This document shows, piece by piece, positions 1 to 9,080 of a DNA stretch of 15,705 nt. Origin of the DNA: Candidatus Thorarchaeota archaeon (GTDB taxonomy: Archaea; Asgardarchaeota; Thorarchaeia; Thorarchaeales; Thorarchaeaceae). The position numbers and the translations under genes were made by a program. Below the pieces are notes generated by a model. That model saw only the letters and a list, made by a program, of their open reading frames with translations. It did not search any database and had not been told where the DNA came from. The stretch lies in contig JBHLQH010000056.1 of the NCBI GenBank assembly GCA_048884965.1, positions 1 to 15,705 on the forward strand, read 5' to 3'. The stretch's first letter is position 1. The number at the start of each line of letters is the position of its first letter.

Positions 1-111
1 CTAGAGGAAGCAGTTTCGTCATAGACATTGTAAGGGGAACTTGGTAGTGGTTCAGACATCAAATCCATTACGTCGTTATACTAATTAGCATCCTTTGTCC
101 CTATTCTAACT

Positions 112-888
112 ATGGGGGTATCATGGACTCGTGTAAAAGAGGTCACTTTATGGACCTATGAAGAAATACTTGCCAAGCTAAATTCAACGTTGAGCTATGA
201 TTTTGTATCCAAGCATTATGACTTGAAACTTCGAAAGGTCCAAACGTTTCTTATGGACCTTCTGAAACGAGAGGATAAGAAATACGATACCTATCGTGAC
301 AACGTCGTGGATACCCTTAGACAGGCAGAAGTCTTTGGCGTAGGGAATCTCTCAGGATTACTTCGGTCAATACCCAATAGAGAACAATGTGAGTACTTCA
401 TACAAACAACTAACATCGAATTCGAGAAGCTGATTCAACTTCTCAATTGCATGCTAAGGTGGATTTTGCCATTCTCCAGACCTATTAGAGAGTTCATCGA
501 TAAGGGACACACAGAACAAGAAGCGCATCTTTCAAAGACAAGACCGTTGGGGATTCGCTACAACCTAGATGTCCTAGATAGATTCAGGACGAGATTCGCT
601 CGCGTAGACTTTGCGAGTGAAGCAGATATTCCAATGAACTTCATGACAAATCTTCTGCATAGATGTGACCTTTCTCGCCTTCCATACGTTAGCGGAAGCA
701 CTGTCAGCATCCTATTTCACTCAGGATTCACAACATTGGACGCAGTCGCAAACACCTCACTCGAACGACTTGAGAGGAAAGTCCAAGAATACCTGGAAGG
801 TATCGGAAAGAGGTACAGTCGATCCTTCATCGAGCTGGAGAGCGCGATTGTGCAGGCGACAGTACTCCCCAAGATTATTGAGGCCTGA
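112..888 (+). CDS. DUF4332-like helix-hairpin-helix protein with an N-terminal helical extension
   Basis: 258-aa ORF. The C-terminal half (LGIRYNLDVL...RVDFASEADIP...CDLSRLPYVSGSTVSILFHSGFTTLDAVA) follows the DUF4332 pattern (GI..T..DLL...R..LA...I......ADL.RI.G.......L...G..T...LA). The exact start is uncertain. Confidence 0.65.
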   Translation: MGVSWTRVKEVTLWTYEEILAKLNSTLSYDFVSKHYDLKLRKVQTFLMDLLKREDKKYDTYRDNVVDTLRQAEVFGVGNLSGLLRSIPNREQCEYFIQTTNIEFEKLIQLLNCMLRWILPFSRPIREFIDKGHTEQEAHLSKTRPLGIRYNLDVLDRFRTRFARVDFASEADIPMNFMTNLLHRCDLSRLPYVSGSTVSILFHSGFTTLDAVANTSLERLERKVQEYLEGIGKRYSRSFIELESAIVQATVLPKIIEA

Positions 889-894
889 ATATCT

Positions 895-1962
895 CTAGGT
901 ATTGAATACATCTAGAAGCTCTTTGTGTTTCTCAAAGTATTCACGCACGGGATCTAATAGCTCATTCAAAGCAACAGCAACACCGATCTTCAAATCCAAA
1001 GGATGGATGCCCTTTGGTCCATCAGGTTTCAGGTAAGCAGCTTCAAGTTCCTCATAGCTCTCGTATTGTACATCCCCGCCGAATTTGGGTTTTCGTGAGA
1101 TCTCAAAGACATCCATTCTCTTGAAAATGATGTACTTTGCAATCTCCAATACAGGATTTCCTTCCACCTCACCAGCAGGACAGAAAGCCTTCTTCATCTT
1201 CCTTGTAACATCCTCTGCTGAATCATGGATGAAGATAGCTGAATCCGCTTTGCTCTTAGACATCTTTGCATCAAATTCGTCGTCTTGTCCTACGACATCC
1301 ATTCTGGAAGGTCCCTGAAGACCTGGCATGATGTGATGGTGAACTGCGGTCGGTTTCCACCATCCTAATTTCTCGCCTACCTCTCGAGCAAGCATGTTCG
1401 CTTTTCGTTGATCCATTCCCAGTTGTGCTACATTTACTTCGAGATGAAAAATGTCCGCAACTTGCATCATCGGGTAGAAGAGCTGGGCGGTATCTTGTGA
1501 GGCTGTTTCCTTTCGACCCATGATTTGCAGACATCGATTGGTTCTAGCAACCGTGGTGTTCTTCGCAATCCGGATTACTTTCTCCCAGTAATCCGAGTTT
1601 TCGACCATATCGCTTGCCCAAACGTACTCTATCTTGTCAACTGGGACTCCACATGCTTCCCACGCTTTGATCAAGTACTTGCCGACTGCCTTTATCTTGT
1701 CGAGGTCTCCACCCATCTTATCATTGATCCATGCATGCCAATCTGCAACTAGGATCTTGAAGTGGACGCCTGCATCAATCATATCCTTGAGCTTGATGGC
1801 TCGTAGAAGTCCCGTGGCGATATGCGCCATCCCGGATGGCTCGAAGCCATCATAAGCAATCAATGGTACACCTGTTTCAATGAGATTCCTTAATTCTTCT
1901 GGAGTTACGATCTCCTCAGTGGGAGGGGCTGCTATCAATTCGAATCTTCGTTCAGTGTCCAT
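895..1962 (-). CDS. tyrS: Tyrosyl-tRNA synthetase, archaeal type (class Ic)
   Basis: Contains AYDGFEPSG..HIATG (HIGH-equivalent), ADWHAWINDK, YPMMQVADI, LGMDQRK and KMSKS motifs, and has no bacterial S4 domain. The ATG at 1962 (MDTERR) is preferred over the TTG at 1983. Confidence 0.96.
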   Translation of the reverse strand: MDTERRFELIAAPPTEEIVTPEELRNLIETGVPLIAYDGFEPSGMAHIATGLLRAIKLKDMIDAGVHFKILVADWHAWINDKMGGDLDKIKAVGKYLIKAWEACGVPVDKIEYVWASDMVENSDYWEKVIRIAKNTTVARTNRCLQIMGRKETASQDTAQLFYPMMQVADIFHLEVNVAQLGMDQRKANMLAREVGEKLGWWKPTAVHHHIMPGLQGPSRMDVVGQDDEFDAKMSKSKADSAIFIHDSAEDVTRKMKKAFCPAGEVEGNPVLEIAKYIIFKRMDVFEISRKPKFGGDVQYESYEELEAAYLKPDGPKGIHPLDLKIGVAVALNELLDPVREYFEKHKELLDVFNT

Positions 1963-2095
1963 TGATATCACTATCATTTTCAATTAGGATTCAGTGAAAA
2001 CATTATCGTTTTCTGATTATCACATGATGAACAGGAAGTCTGTGTTCATGTGTAGTTCATATATGTGAGTGCGAATCAAGATATGAGGTCTATTC

Positions 2096-3193
2096 GTGCA
2101 GGATGAAAAAGTCTACTTGAGATACTATACACAATCAGGGCTACAAGAAACTGTGCGAATTAGTCCGAAGACAAGTGAAGTGATTCTAAAAAGAAGAGGA
2201 ATTGTATCCATCGACCTAACACCTTTGACCGAGTGTAAAAATCTGCAATTCATTGATCTCTCAGAGAATAATCTCGAGATGCTGGACTTGAATCCACTTT
2301 GTGCACTAGAAATTCTAGAAAGAATTGACCTTAGACATAATCAAATCAAAGCGCTTAATCTGACACCAATCGCATTTTGTGAGATACTATCTACTTTCTT
2401 GTTCGATAAGACTACAGTATTACGGATCGAACCCGCCGCATACTATGCAAAAGGAAACAACGCTCTGACTTCGATTTTGAAACAGATGAAACAGCTTGTG
2501 CGATATGAAGAAATCGTTGAGGTATTTGGATGGCGAACAGTGCTTTTGAATACACGAGAACTATTACGACTTCTTCCAGAAAGACAATGGTTTGCAGCTC
2601 AATTTGGGCTCCTCTCAGGATTGGGACTTCAAAATATAGCAGGATATGATGGTCCGCCTGATGACATACTGGAGAAGGTCAATGACCTCATGTCTTTTTC
2701 CAGAGCAGTCGATGTGATACAGGAACATGTACTAAAACTTCTTCACAGACAACTACGCGAAGGAGGATCCAGCCATTTCATCAACATCAACTCACTTATG
2801 GGAACCGAAGCTGCCATAATCGTCCCAGATCTTCTAGAGAATCGGAGAAAGGAGATGGAGGGTCTAAGATTGCGTCTCATGGACGACGAGGGTAGAGTTG
2901 ATGGGAGGGTACTGTGGTTTACACACTATGGACGAGAGATCTTGTCATCCATAAAATCAAGCTCATATCTGGTAGACAATGAAACCTTGCAACAAATCTT
3001 GCAGGTCCTTCGGTCTGTCGGTCTAGAGCCTGAGTTCGTGAGTTCTGAGTTTTTCGATAATGCATGGGACATCCATTCGATTGGACTTCGCACCTTCTTG
3101 GAGGGATTGAGCGAAGGGAGGACCTTCGTCATCGAGCGAATTCAAGCGAGCTCAGAAGGCCCAATTGTTGAAAGCCATGAGATTATATCCTGA
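2096..3193 (+). CDS. Leucine-rich repeat protein with an uncharacterised helical C-terminal region
   Basis: About 3 N-terminal LRRs of ~22 aa: IVSIDLTPLTECKNLQFIDLSENNLEMLDLNPLCALEILERIDLRHNQIKALNLTPI. GTG start preceded by GAGGT. Confidence 0.8.
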   Translation: MQDEKVYLRYYTQSGLQETVRISPKTSEVILKRRGIVSIDLTPLTECKNLQFIDLSENNLEMLDLNPLCALEILERIDLRHNQIKALNLTPIAFCEILSTFLFDKTTVLRIEPAAYYAKGNNALTSILKQMKQLVRYEEIVEVFGWRTVLLNTRELLRLLPERQWFAAQFGLLSGLGLQNIAGYDGPPDDILEKVNDLMSFSRAVDVIQEHVLKLLHRQLREGGSSHFININSLMGTEAAIIVPDLLENRRKEMEGLRLRLMDDEGRVDGRVLWFTHYGREILSSIKSSSYLVDNETLQQILQVLRSVGLEPEFVSSEFFDNAWDIHSIGLRTFLEGLSEGRTFVIERIQASSEGPIVESHEIIS

Positions 3194-3245
3194 TGTGCAT
3201 TAATTAGCACAAGCTCGGATAAATCGATACGAGTGAAATGTAGAA

Positions 3246-3680
3246 GTGGTGATTCGTGAGTTGTTGGAGGGAAAGAAAAAGAGACTAGGTCTTCTTATGA
3301 TACTAATTGTGGTGGTTGGAACACTCGGAGGTATCCTTCTCATCCAAAGAATGGTGCCATCTCAAAACAGCCTGTTCTGGAATATCTCTGAATCCTATGA
3401 TACGAACGGGAATGAAACTTATTCGGTAATCTTCAATGACATTAACTTCACATTCCTCTACACGGAGGAAACTCCTTTAGATGTGCCAATCCCGGTCCAT
3501 TTCAGAGTGGACTTTCCTGATGGCACAACTGAATACATTGCGAATACAATTGGAGGATTGATGATGCAGCCGCCACGTATTGTCATGAGTGTACATCTCA
3601 AGCCCCAAGTGGCAATTGTCTGCTCCTTTGGAGATTCGCATGAAGATTGGTATAGCTGGTACTATGCAGTTTCAAAGTGA
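3246..3680 (+). CDS. Hypothetical single-pass membrane or secreted protein
   Basis: KKKR followed by the hydrophobic LGLLMILIVVVGTLGGILLI. The C-terminal domain carries N-x-S/T sequons (NIS, NET, NFT). Confidence 0.65.
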   Translation: MVIRELLEGKKKRLGLLMILIVVVGTLGGILLIQRMVPSQNSLFWNISESYDTNGNETYSVIFNDINFTFLYTEETPLDVPIPVHFRVDFPDGTTEYIANTIGGLMMQPPRIVMSVHLKPQVAIVCSFGDSHEDWYSWYYAVSK

Positions 3681-3763
3681 TGAGTGAAAATGGTTTCAGT
3701 GGAGAGTCTCTATTCAATACTAATAAGAAGGTGGTATACGAAGTGACAAGGATAGATTCGATA

Positions 3764-4318
3764 TTAGACCCGTAGTAGGCCACGAAACCCCCTAACACCA
3801 TAGTATGAAGATGCACCATTGTGATACACGAAGACATGACCGTAGCGGCGGTCGCAAAAGAGCGCTCCACCAAGTTCTCTTATCTCAGAAGGCGTCTTTA
3901 CCCAGCTTGATGTCTTCGTGTCGAAATCTCCAAGTTTCTGTAGCTCTCTGTATTCTGCCTCTGTCAGAATCTCAATAGCCATGGCAGCCGCCATATCAAT
4001 AGCGTTGTTCTCGGGCTTTGCTGATTTCCTTGCTTCCAATGCTTCACGGTCATAACAGACATTTCTGCGACCTACAGGGCTTTCTGCAGCACAATCGTAG
4101 AAGGTGTACTCACCTGTTTTCCTATCAAAACCAACAATGTCCGGTTCACCACCCGTTCTTTCCATCTCATAGAGTGACCACAGTTTCTCAGGATTAGACT
4201 CCAGCTTTGCTAGTAATTGGGGCCATTCAAGTCCCTTATGGCGCCTCATGTTTTTCGTAAAACGGGCTTTCAACACGCCGAGCAATTCTTCACGTTGATC
4301 TTTGCTAAGCTTGTACAT
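3764..4318 (-). CDS. DUF4256 family protein
   Basis: Recognisable family motifs: LKARF..NM.RH.GL.W, MERTGGEPD, DC..ESP.GRR..CYD..AL, LQKLG.FD.KTSSW, GGALFCDRRY..VFVYHNGA.SYY..RGFRG.L.V. Start is ATG 4318 or 4333. The ORF-track extension to 4393 is unlikely. Confidence 0.88.
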   Translation of the reverse strand: MYKLSKDQREELLGVLKARFTKNMRRHKGLEWPQLLAKLESNPEKLWSLYEMERTGGEPDIVGFDRKTGEYTFYDCAAESPVGRRNVCYDREALEARKSAKPENNAIDMAAAMAIEILTEAEYRELQKLGDFDTKTSSWVKTPSEIRELGGALFCDRRYGHVFVYHNGASSYYGVRGFRGLLRV

Positions 4319-4413
4319 AGTATAAGTTCTCATTCTGAGTAAATAATTGCATCTATATAGTTCAAGTGAACCAGAGTGATTTGATGAAAGCAAGGGAATT
4401 AGTCTTGAAGTTA

Positions 4414-7083
4414 CTATAATCTAGTGCTTTGGATGAATGATCTATCTCGTTTCTGTTCCAATTCCCATCTCTTGCGCTCCGCTCTTAGTTGAAAGAGATC
4501 CACTTCCTTACATAGGAGTCCTTCTTCCCCTTTTGGTAATGTCCTCTCAATTCGATCTTTCTCTGGAGAATATATCAATGAATCACCAAATTCTGCAACA
4601 TTTGCGAAGAAACAGTATGCATAGATGGACCTACGAGCATCAAAGTGGGCAGCTCTAAAATCGGCAGTTACAGGCGTGAAAGCAGGGTTGAATATAAGGT
4701 CGACAGGAGGATCAGAGTTCTTTAGCTCGACACGCAGGTCCATATCCAAAAAATCCCTACAGATGGCTATTGCTATTCTTCCATACTTTGTATTAGCAAC
4801 TATGATCTCTCGGGGTTGGCTCTCAATATCTATGCCTTCCTCAATCTTATTCCCTTCAAAATGAATGACAGCTGGAATATGCTTTTTCTGCTCCCATAGC
4901 ACTCCATCAGGTCCGATTACTCTGCAGACATTGCTCCTCGATATTGAACTGTGGAATGAACCAGGTACTAAGACCATCCCATAGCAATTAGCCAATTCAC
5001 TAAGAGTAGTGAGAATCGAATCGTGATTGAAATCAATGGTGAGCTCAGGGAAGAACAAGATATGCACTCCCGCTTTATTCGCCTCTTCCATCATGGTATG
5101 TACTAGTTGTTTGATTGCTTCTACTTTATCATCCCTTATCTTGAAGAGACCAGATTCCATTTCCTCATAGAACTCACTCAGTATATCACCATTAGTTGAG
5201 AGACCAATTTGAGCGAGACCTACCCGAAAACTGCTCACTTCATGTTGCTGATTCTCCTTGAGTAGGTCCAAATGCACGATTTTGTATTTTCTCAACACTT
5301 CTTTCTCAGTTGCCAAAGATGATACCGATCTTTTAATCATCCGATCAATATAGCTCGTTAGGTTAGTAAAATCAATCATCTCTCTTTTAGAAGGATGTAG
5401 ATCAAGTATGGATTCCCACTTTTGTAATTGGATGGCAAGATGATTCTCTTCGTACTCCACTGCACGTGCAAGAGAGTGTAGTCCTTTTTCAATTGTGATA
5501 CGTTTTGCTTTCCCAAGTAGTTCTCTTGCACTTTCAACATCAAAATCAACAAGAGCGACTTTTGATTGCATCAAATAGGTCTTTGCCAATAGCGAATAGG
5601 AGGATTGTTCCAATCCTATATCAAGCAATCTTGCTGTCAATTCTTTGACCTTCTGAAATGTTTCCTCATCTCCGGTCATTCTTAGTTCAGCAATCAAAAG
5701 GTCACAGAGATGAATCATAGCACTGACTGCTAATGAATGATCTTGGATTTCACCCTCAAGGAAGTCCTCAAGCATCTCGCTTGCTCGTAATTGATCTCTG
5801 GCTCGCTTGCTAGCTTTCAATATTCGCGCTGTTGCAACATGATACTTCTGAGTAATCAAGGGATTCTCAGAGCTCTCTGAAATCTTCTTCAGGTGCTCAA
5901 TATGATGTTTTGCGGATTCAATATTACCGATATCAGTAAGAAAATCGACTAGCTCGAATAGGGAGGCAGCTATGAGACCCTCATCACCAACTTCCATGGA
6001 TATCTTAAGACATCTTTCAAAATAATCTGCTGCTCTTTGAGAAAGATCTTGCTTCCTGAATATCCACCCGAGATTTCCCAGAATTCTGGCAATCTCTGGT
6101 TTAGCTGCCATTTCCTCAAAAATCTCAAGTGCACGTTGATAATAGGTTTCTGCTTCATCTAAGTCCCCTCGTAATCCATAGATTTCTGCAAGATTGCCGT
6201 TTGCTAGGGCCAGATCATATTTCAAACCAGACTCAGTACTCAGATTGAGACATTTCTGATAGATTTCTAGGGCTTTATCGAGTTCTCCTCTCAGTTGAAA
6301 AACCACACCGATATTCAAGAGAGTCGTAGCAACTTCGTGCTTGTTCTCAAGTGGTTCCTTTACCTCCAAACTTCGATGGAGATACTCCAATGCTTTATCA
6401 AATTCACCTAGTTTGCTGTATAGGTTACCGAGATTGTTCAGGATGTTTCCCTTCACTACTAGATAGCCCATTGCTTCGCTTATCTCTAGGCTCTGATTAT
6501 AGTAGTCCATTGCGACCTTCAGATTCCCTTTGGACCAGTTCACCAATCCAAGATTGTTGAAAGAAGCTATCAAATCGGATTTACTATCTATCTGTTTGCG
6601 AATCGTGAGACTCTCTAGTAGAACCTCTAAAGCCTTTTCATACTCCCCTTGATACCAATAGAGGACTCCTTGATTCTGAAGCAAATCACCTCTCTTCTTT
6701 TTGAGCCACTTCTCTTCTTCATCGTTCTGCGGCTTTAACTGCTCAAGATGTGTCTTAAGCTCCGCTGCAAGTCGTGTACTATCATCTAATTTTCCAATTC
6801 GCCACGCCAGCTCAATTTTTGAAATAAGGACTTCTGCAATGAGAAATGGATTGGCAATATCTTTCGCTGATTCGTGGATGAGATTTGCTATCTCCAGTGC
6901 TATTTCATGCTCGCCCATCCGTATTCTAAGACGCGTCTCGAATATACCACAGGCAATTCTGTCTTCATCAGATACATCATGCCTAGATTTCGCACTCTCA
7001 AGAAATGAAAGAGCTATCTTGAATTCACCTTTTGCTAGCGATTCCTCTGCATCTGCAATCAGTGCCTGAACAGACTGATCCAA
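4414..7083 (-). CDS. TPR-array protein fused to a C-terminal carbon-nitrogen hydrolase (nitrilase-superfamily) domain
   Basis: Six clear ~40-aa TPRs (for example IASFNNLGLVNWSKGNLKVAMDYYNQSLEISEAM) plus degenerate ones. The C-terminal domain starts at RVGLAQI and has FFPEL (Glu), QKKHIP (Lys) and AICRDFL (Cys), the nitrilase E-K-C triad. TTG start. Confidence 0.85.
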   Translation of the reverse strand: MDQSVQALIADAEESLAKGEFKIALSFLESAKSRHDVSDEDRIACGIFETRLRIRMGEHEIALEIANLIHESAKDIANPFLIAEVLISKIELAWRIGKLDDSTRLAAELKTHLEQLKPQNDEEEKWLKKKRGDLLQNQGVLYWYQGEYEKALEVLLESLTIRKQIDSKSDLIASFNNLGLVNWSKGNLKVAMDYYNQSLEISEAMGYLVVKGNILNNLGNLYSKLGEFDKALEYLHRSLEVKEPLENKHEVATTLLNIGVVFQLRGELDKALEIYQKCLNLSTESGLKYDLALANGNLAEIYGLRGDLDEAETYYQRALEIFEEMAAKPEIARILGNLGWIFRKQDLSQRAADYFERCLKISMEVGDEGLIAASLFELVDFLTDIGNIESAKHHIEHLKKISESSENPLITQKYHVATARILKASKRARDQLRASEMLEDFLEGEIQDHSLAVSAMIHLCDLLIAELRMTGDEETFQKVKELTARLLDIGLEQSSYSLLAKTYLMQSKVALVDFDVESARELLGKAKRITIEKGLHSLARAVEYEENHLAIQLQKWESILDLHPSKREMIDFTNLTSYIDRMIKRSVSSLATEKEVLRKYKIVHLDLLKENQQHEVSSFRVGLAQIGLSTNGDILSEFYEEMESGLFKIRDDKVEAIKQLVHTMMEEANKAGVHILFFPELTIDFNHDSILTTLSELANCYGMVLVPGSFHSSISRSNVCRVIGPDGVLWEQKKHIPAVIHFEGNKIEEGIDIESQPREIIVANTKYGRIAIAICRDFLDMDLRVELKNSDPPVDLIFNPAFTPVTADFRAAHFDARRSIYAYCFFANVAEFGDSLIYSPEKDRIERTLPKGEEGLLCKEVDLFQLRAERKRWELEQKRDRSFIQSTRL

Positions 7084-7254
7084 ATCTCAGACATCCTACA
7101 CATTCATTCTCTAATAGAATACCTTCCCAAGTCGTGTATTAAATGTTCACAACCCATTCAATCAATAATGTGGATCAATTGATCCAAGAGGTGGTAGCGA
7201 ATCTGAATAGAAGTGAGGGAGTATAGAATAACGAATATTGAATATGATTCAGTT

Positions 7255-8484
7255 TCAAACAAACCAGCGATATTTTGCAGGTATCGCATTTGGATTGTAA
7301 TCTTCGAAAGCTTTCCTGTAACTCTCATTTGTGAAGTTGAATTGCAGCAAGGGGAAACCCTCCCCAAAAGGCAGTACATTAACACCAATCTGTGAGCTTA
7401 TTGACTTCTTTGCATCTTGACATGGGTTACAGAGATAGCCTGTTATTTCAAAGGATAAATCCACTCCACTAATCATGGGAGCCGATTCTCCAGCTTTAGG
7501 AACACCTGAAAATCCGGTTCCTGAATCAATTGGTGTCATTATTGGCGAGACCAAATTGATTGCAAGTTGCGCGGCAATCAGGACCTCCTTTAATCCCAAT
7601 GAGAAGGATTCTCGAGCAAATTCCAGATCTTTTGGTCTTTCAATCTTTATCCGTTGGCTCCATTTACTGACGTTTTTACTAAGAGGTGTTTGCCCATACT
7701 CTCCACATGCACAACACACCTTAGGCCATCTTGCGTCCCAAGGATCACGTGGTACAGGAACATAGACGAGTTGGGACGTTTTCCTTGAGGTATCGGTGCT
7801 GATGTCATTTATTCGAGGAATTATTCCATCTTCAAATTCCACTATCACGGATGTACCAGGTTCGGGTACCTTATTTTCTCTTGCAGGACCATATCTCATC
7901 CGGACTATCTCATTATCCAAATTAATCATAACATCGCCAAGAAACCACCCACCTTTGTTCTGCAGTTTATAATTCGTGACTACACCTCTATAGGTTCTAA
8001 ACATACCCTGAATCACATCTACTTCCATATCGACAGGTGGTTTTGCCCATAACTTGGGACCTGAATCAATCTCAGCTGCAGCCGCTTCTACTTGATCCTT
8101 CATTTCAGCAGGAGTAGGAATGATAGGTTTGGGATAGCCTTCTTTCTTTGACTCCTTTATTCTATCTTTCAATTCCTTGTCAAGTTTCTGAGCCTTCTTG
8201 AATGCGTCATCTGCTTTGTTGAAATCCTTGATTCGCAGGTATGCAATCCCTATATTGAACCAGATAATCGCATCGTCCACAGCATACTCCTCTGCTTTCT
8301 GCAGGGATTTCTTCAACTCACTTGCTTGACTCATGCATCCATATATGTAACCAATAAATGACCAAGCAAGTCCATCATTCGCATACGATTTCAAGTATCC
8401 ATCCAAAGCCCGTTCAGCATCTGCAAGTCTGCCTTTTGCTAGATAAATCGTAATTTGTGCAAATAGTTCATCCTTTGTGCTCAT
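7255..8484 (-). CDS. TPR protein with a central beta-rich domain and a C-terminal putative Cys4 zinc-binding domain
   Basis: About 3 TPRs (AWSFIGYIY..., IWFNIGIAYLRIKDFNKADDAFKKAQKLD), then WPKVCCACG ... YLCNPC. The ATG at 8484 (MSTKDE) is preceded by the SD-like GAGGGTGTGAT and is preferred over 8601. Confidence 0.75.
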   Translation of the reverse strand: MSTKDELFAQITIYLAKGRLADAERALDGYLKSYANDGLAWSFIGYIYGCMSQASELKKSLQKAEEYAVDDAIIWFNIGIAYLRIKDFNKADDAFKKAQKLDKELKDRIKESKKEGYPKPIIPTPAEMKDQVEAAAAEIDSGPKLWAKPPVDMEVDVIQGMFRTYRGVVTNYKLQNKGGWFLGDVMINLDNEIVRMRYGPARENKVPEPGTSVIVEFEDGIIPRINDISTDTSRKTSQLVYVPVPRDPWDARWPKVCCACGEYGQTPLSKNVSKWSQRIKIERPKDLEFARESFSLGLKEVLIAAQLAINLVSPIMTPIDSGTGFSGVPKAGESAPMISGVDLSFEITGYLCNPCQDAKKSISSQIGVNVLPFGEGFPLLQFNFTNESYRKAFEDYNPNAIPAKYRWFV

Positions 8485-8779
8485 ACCCACGATCACACCC
8501 TCATTGGCAATATGGAGTTCACTGTACCTTCGCTCTATCTTGCTATTATTCCTTTCTGATAGCAAGTGTTTTGGACAAAGAATAGCATGAAAATCATACA
8601 CAAGAAATCGATTGAAAAAGAATCTGAGATTTCAGACCGCGGGAAGAATAAAGGATGGGCATGATAACGAGAGTACTATATATTTGCATCAGGAATCTAG
8701 ATTCTGAGCCAATCCTAATATATGAAGAGGATTAGTAGAAACTTGAGTCATGGTTTCAAGCATCATCGATTCACTCAAA

Positions 8780-8968
8780 TCATTTGACGCGTATCATGAA
8801 CTCATATGTAGGTCTTGATGAGTCTTCTTTTGATAGTCGGTCCGCTTCAGCTCTCATCTTCTTCAGTGCATCATCGGCATCTGTTCCTCTTGTTTCAAGA
8901 CCAAGCTCCTCAGATGTTGCAACATAATGACCTTCCTCCTCACGTAGGATAACCTCAACTATTCTCAT
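8780..8968 (-). CDS. Small HicB-like (UPF0150-type N-terminal fold) protein, about 62 aa, with no evident DNA-binding domain
   Basis: VEVILREEEGHYVATSEELGLETRGTDADDALKKMRAEA resembles the HicB consensus (viie.dedg.yva.vpdlpg..t.G.t.eeA...l.ea). Start is ATG 8968, alternatively 9013. Confidence 0.6.
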   Translation of the reverse strand: MRIVEVILREEEGHYVATSEELGLETRGTDADDALKKMRAEADRLSKEDSSRPTYEFMIRVK

Positions 8969-9068
8969 TCGCTCATTCGCGTCACACTCGAACAGTAAGT
9001 AATAAGACTTCATTGAATGTGCCTCAATTATACCGATTATTGGTTGGTCCTTTATCTCAGAATGATTG

Positions 9069-9080
9069 CAGAGAAAAGAA
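9069..9080 (-). terminator. Pyrimidine/U-rich tract, putative archaeal terminator of the candidate ncRNA
   Basis: The minus strand reads UUCUUUUCUCUG a few nt after the 3' arm of the 18-bp closing helix. Confidence 0.45.

Noticed and set aside
2024-2075. C/D box sRNA (ATGATGA at 2024-2030)
   Set aside because: No CTGA D box follows at a suitable distance.
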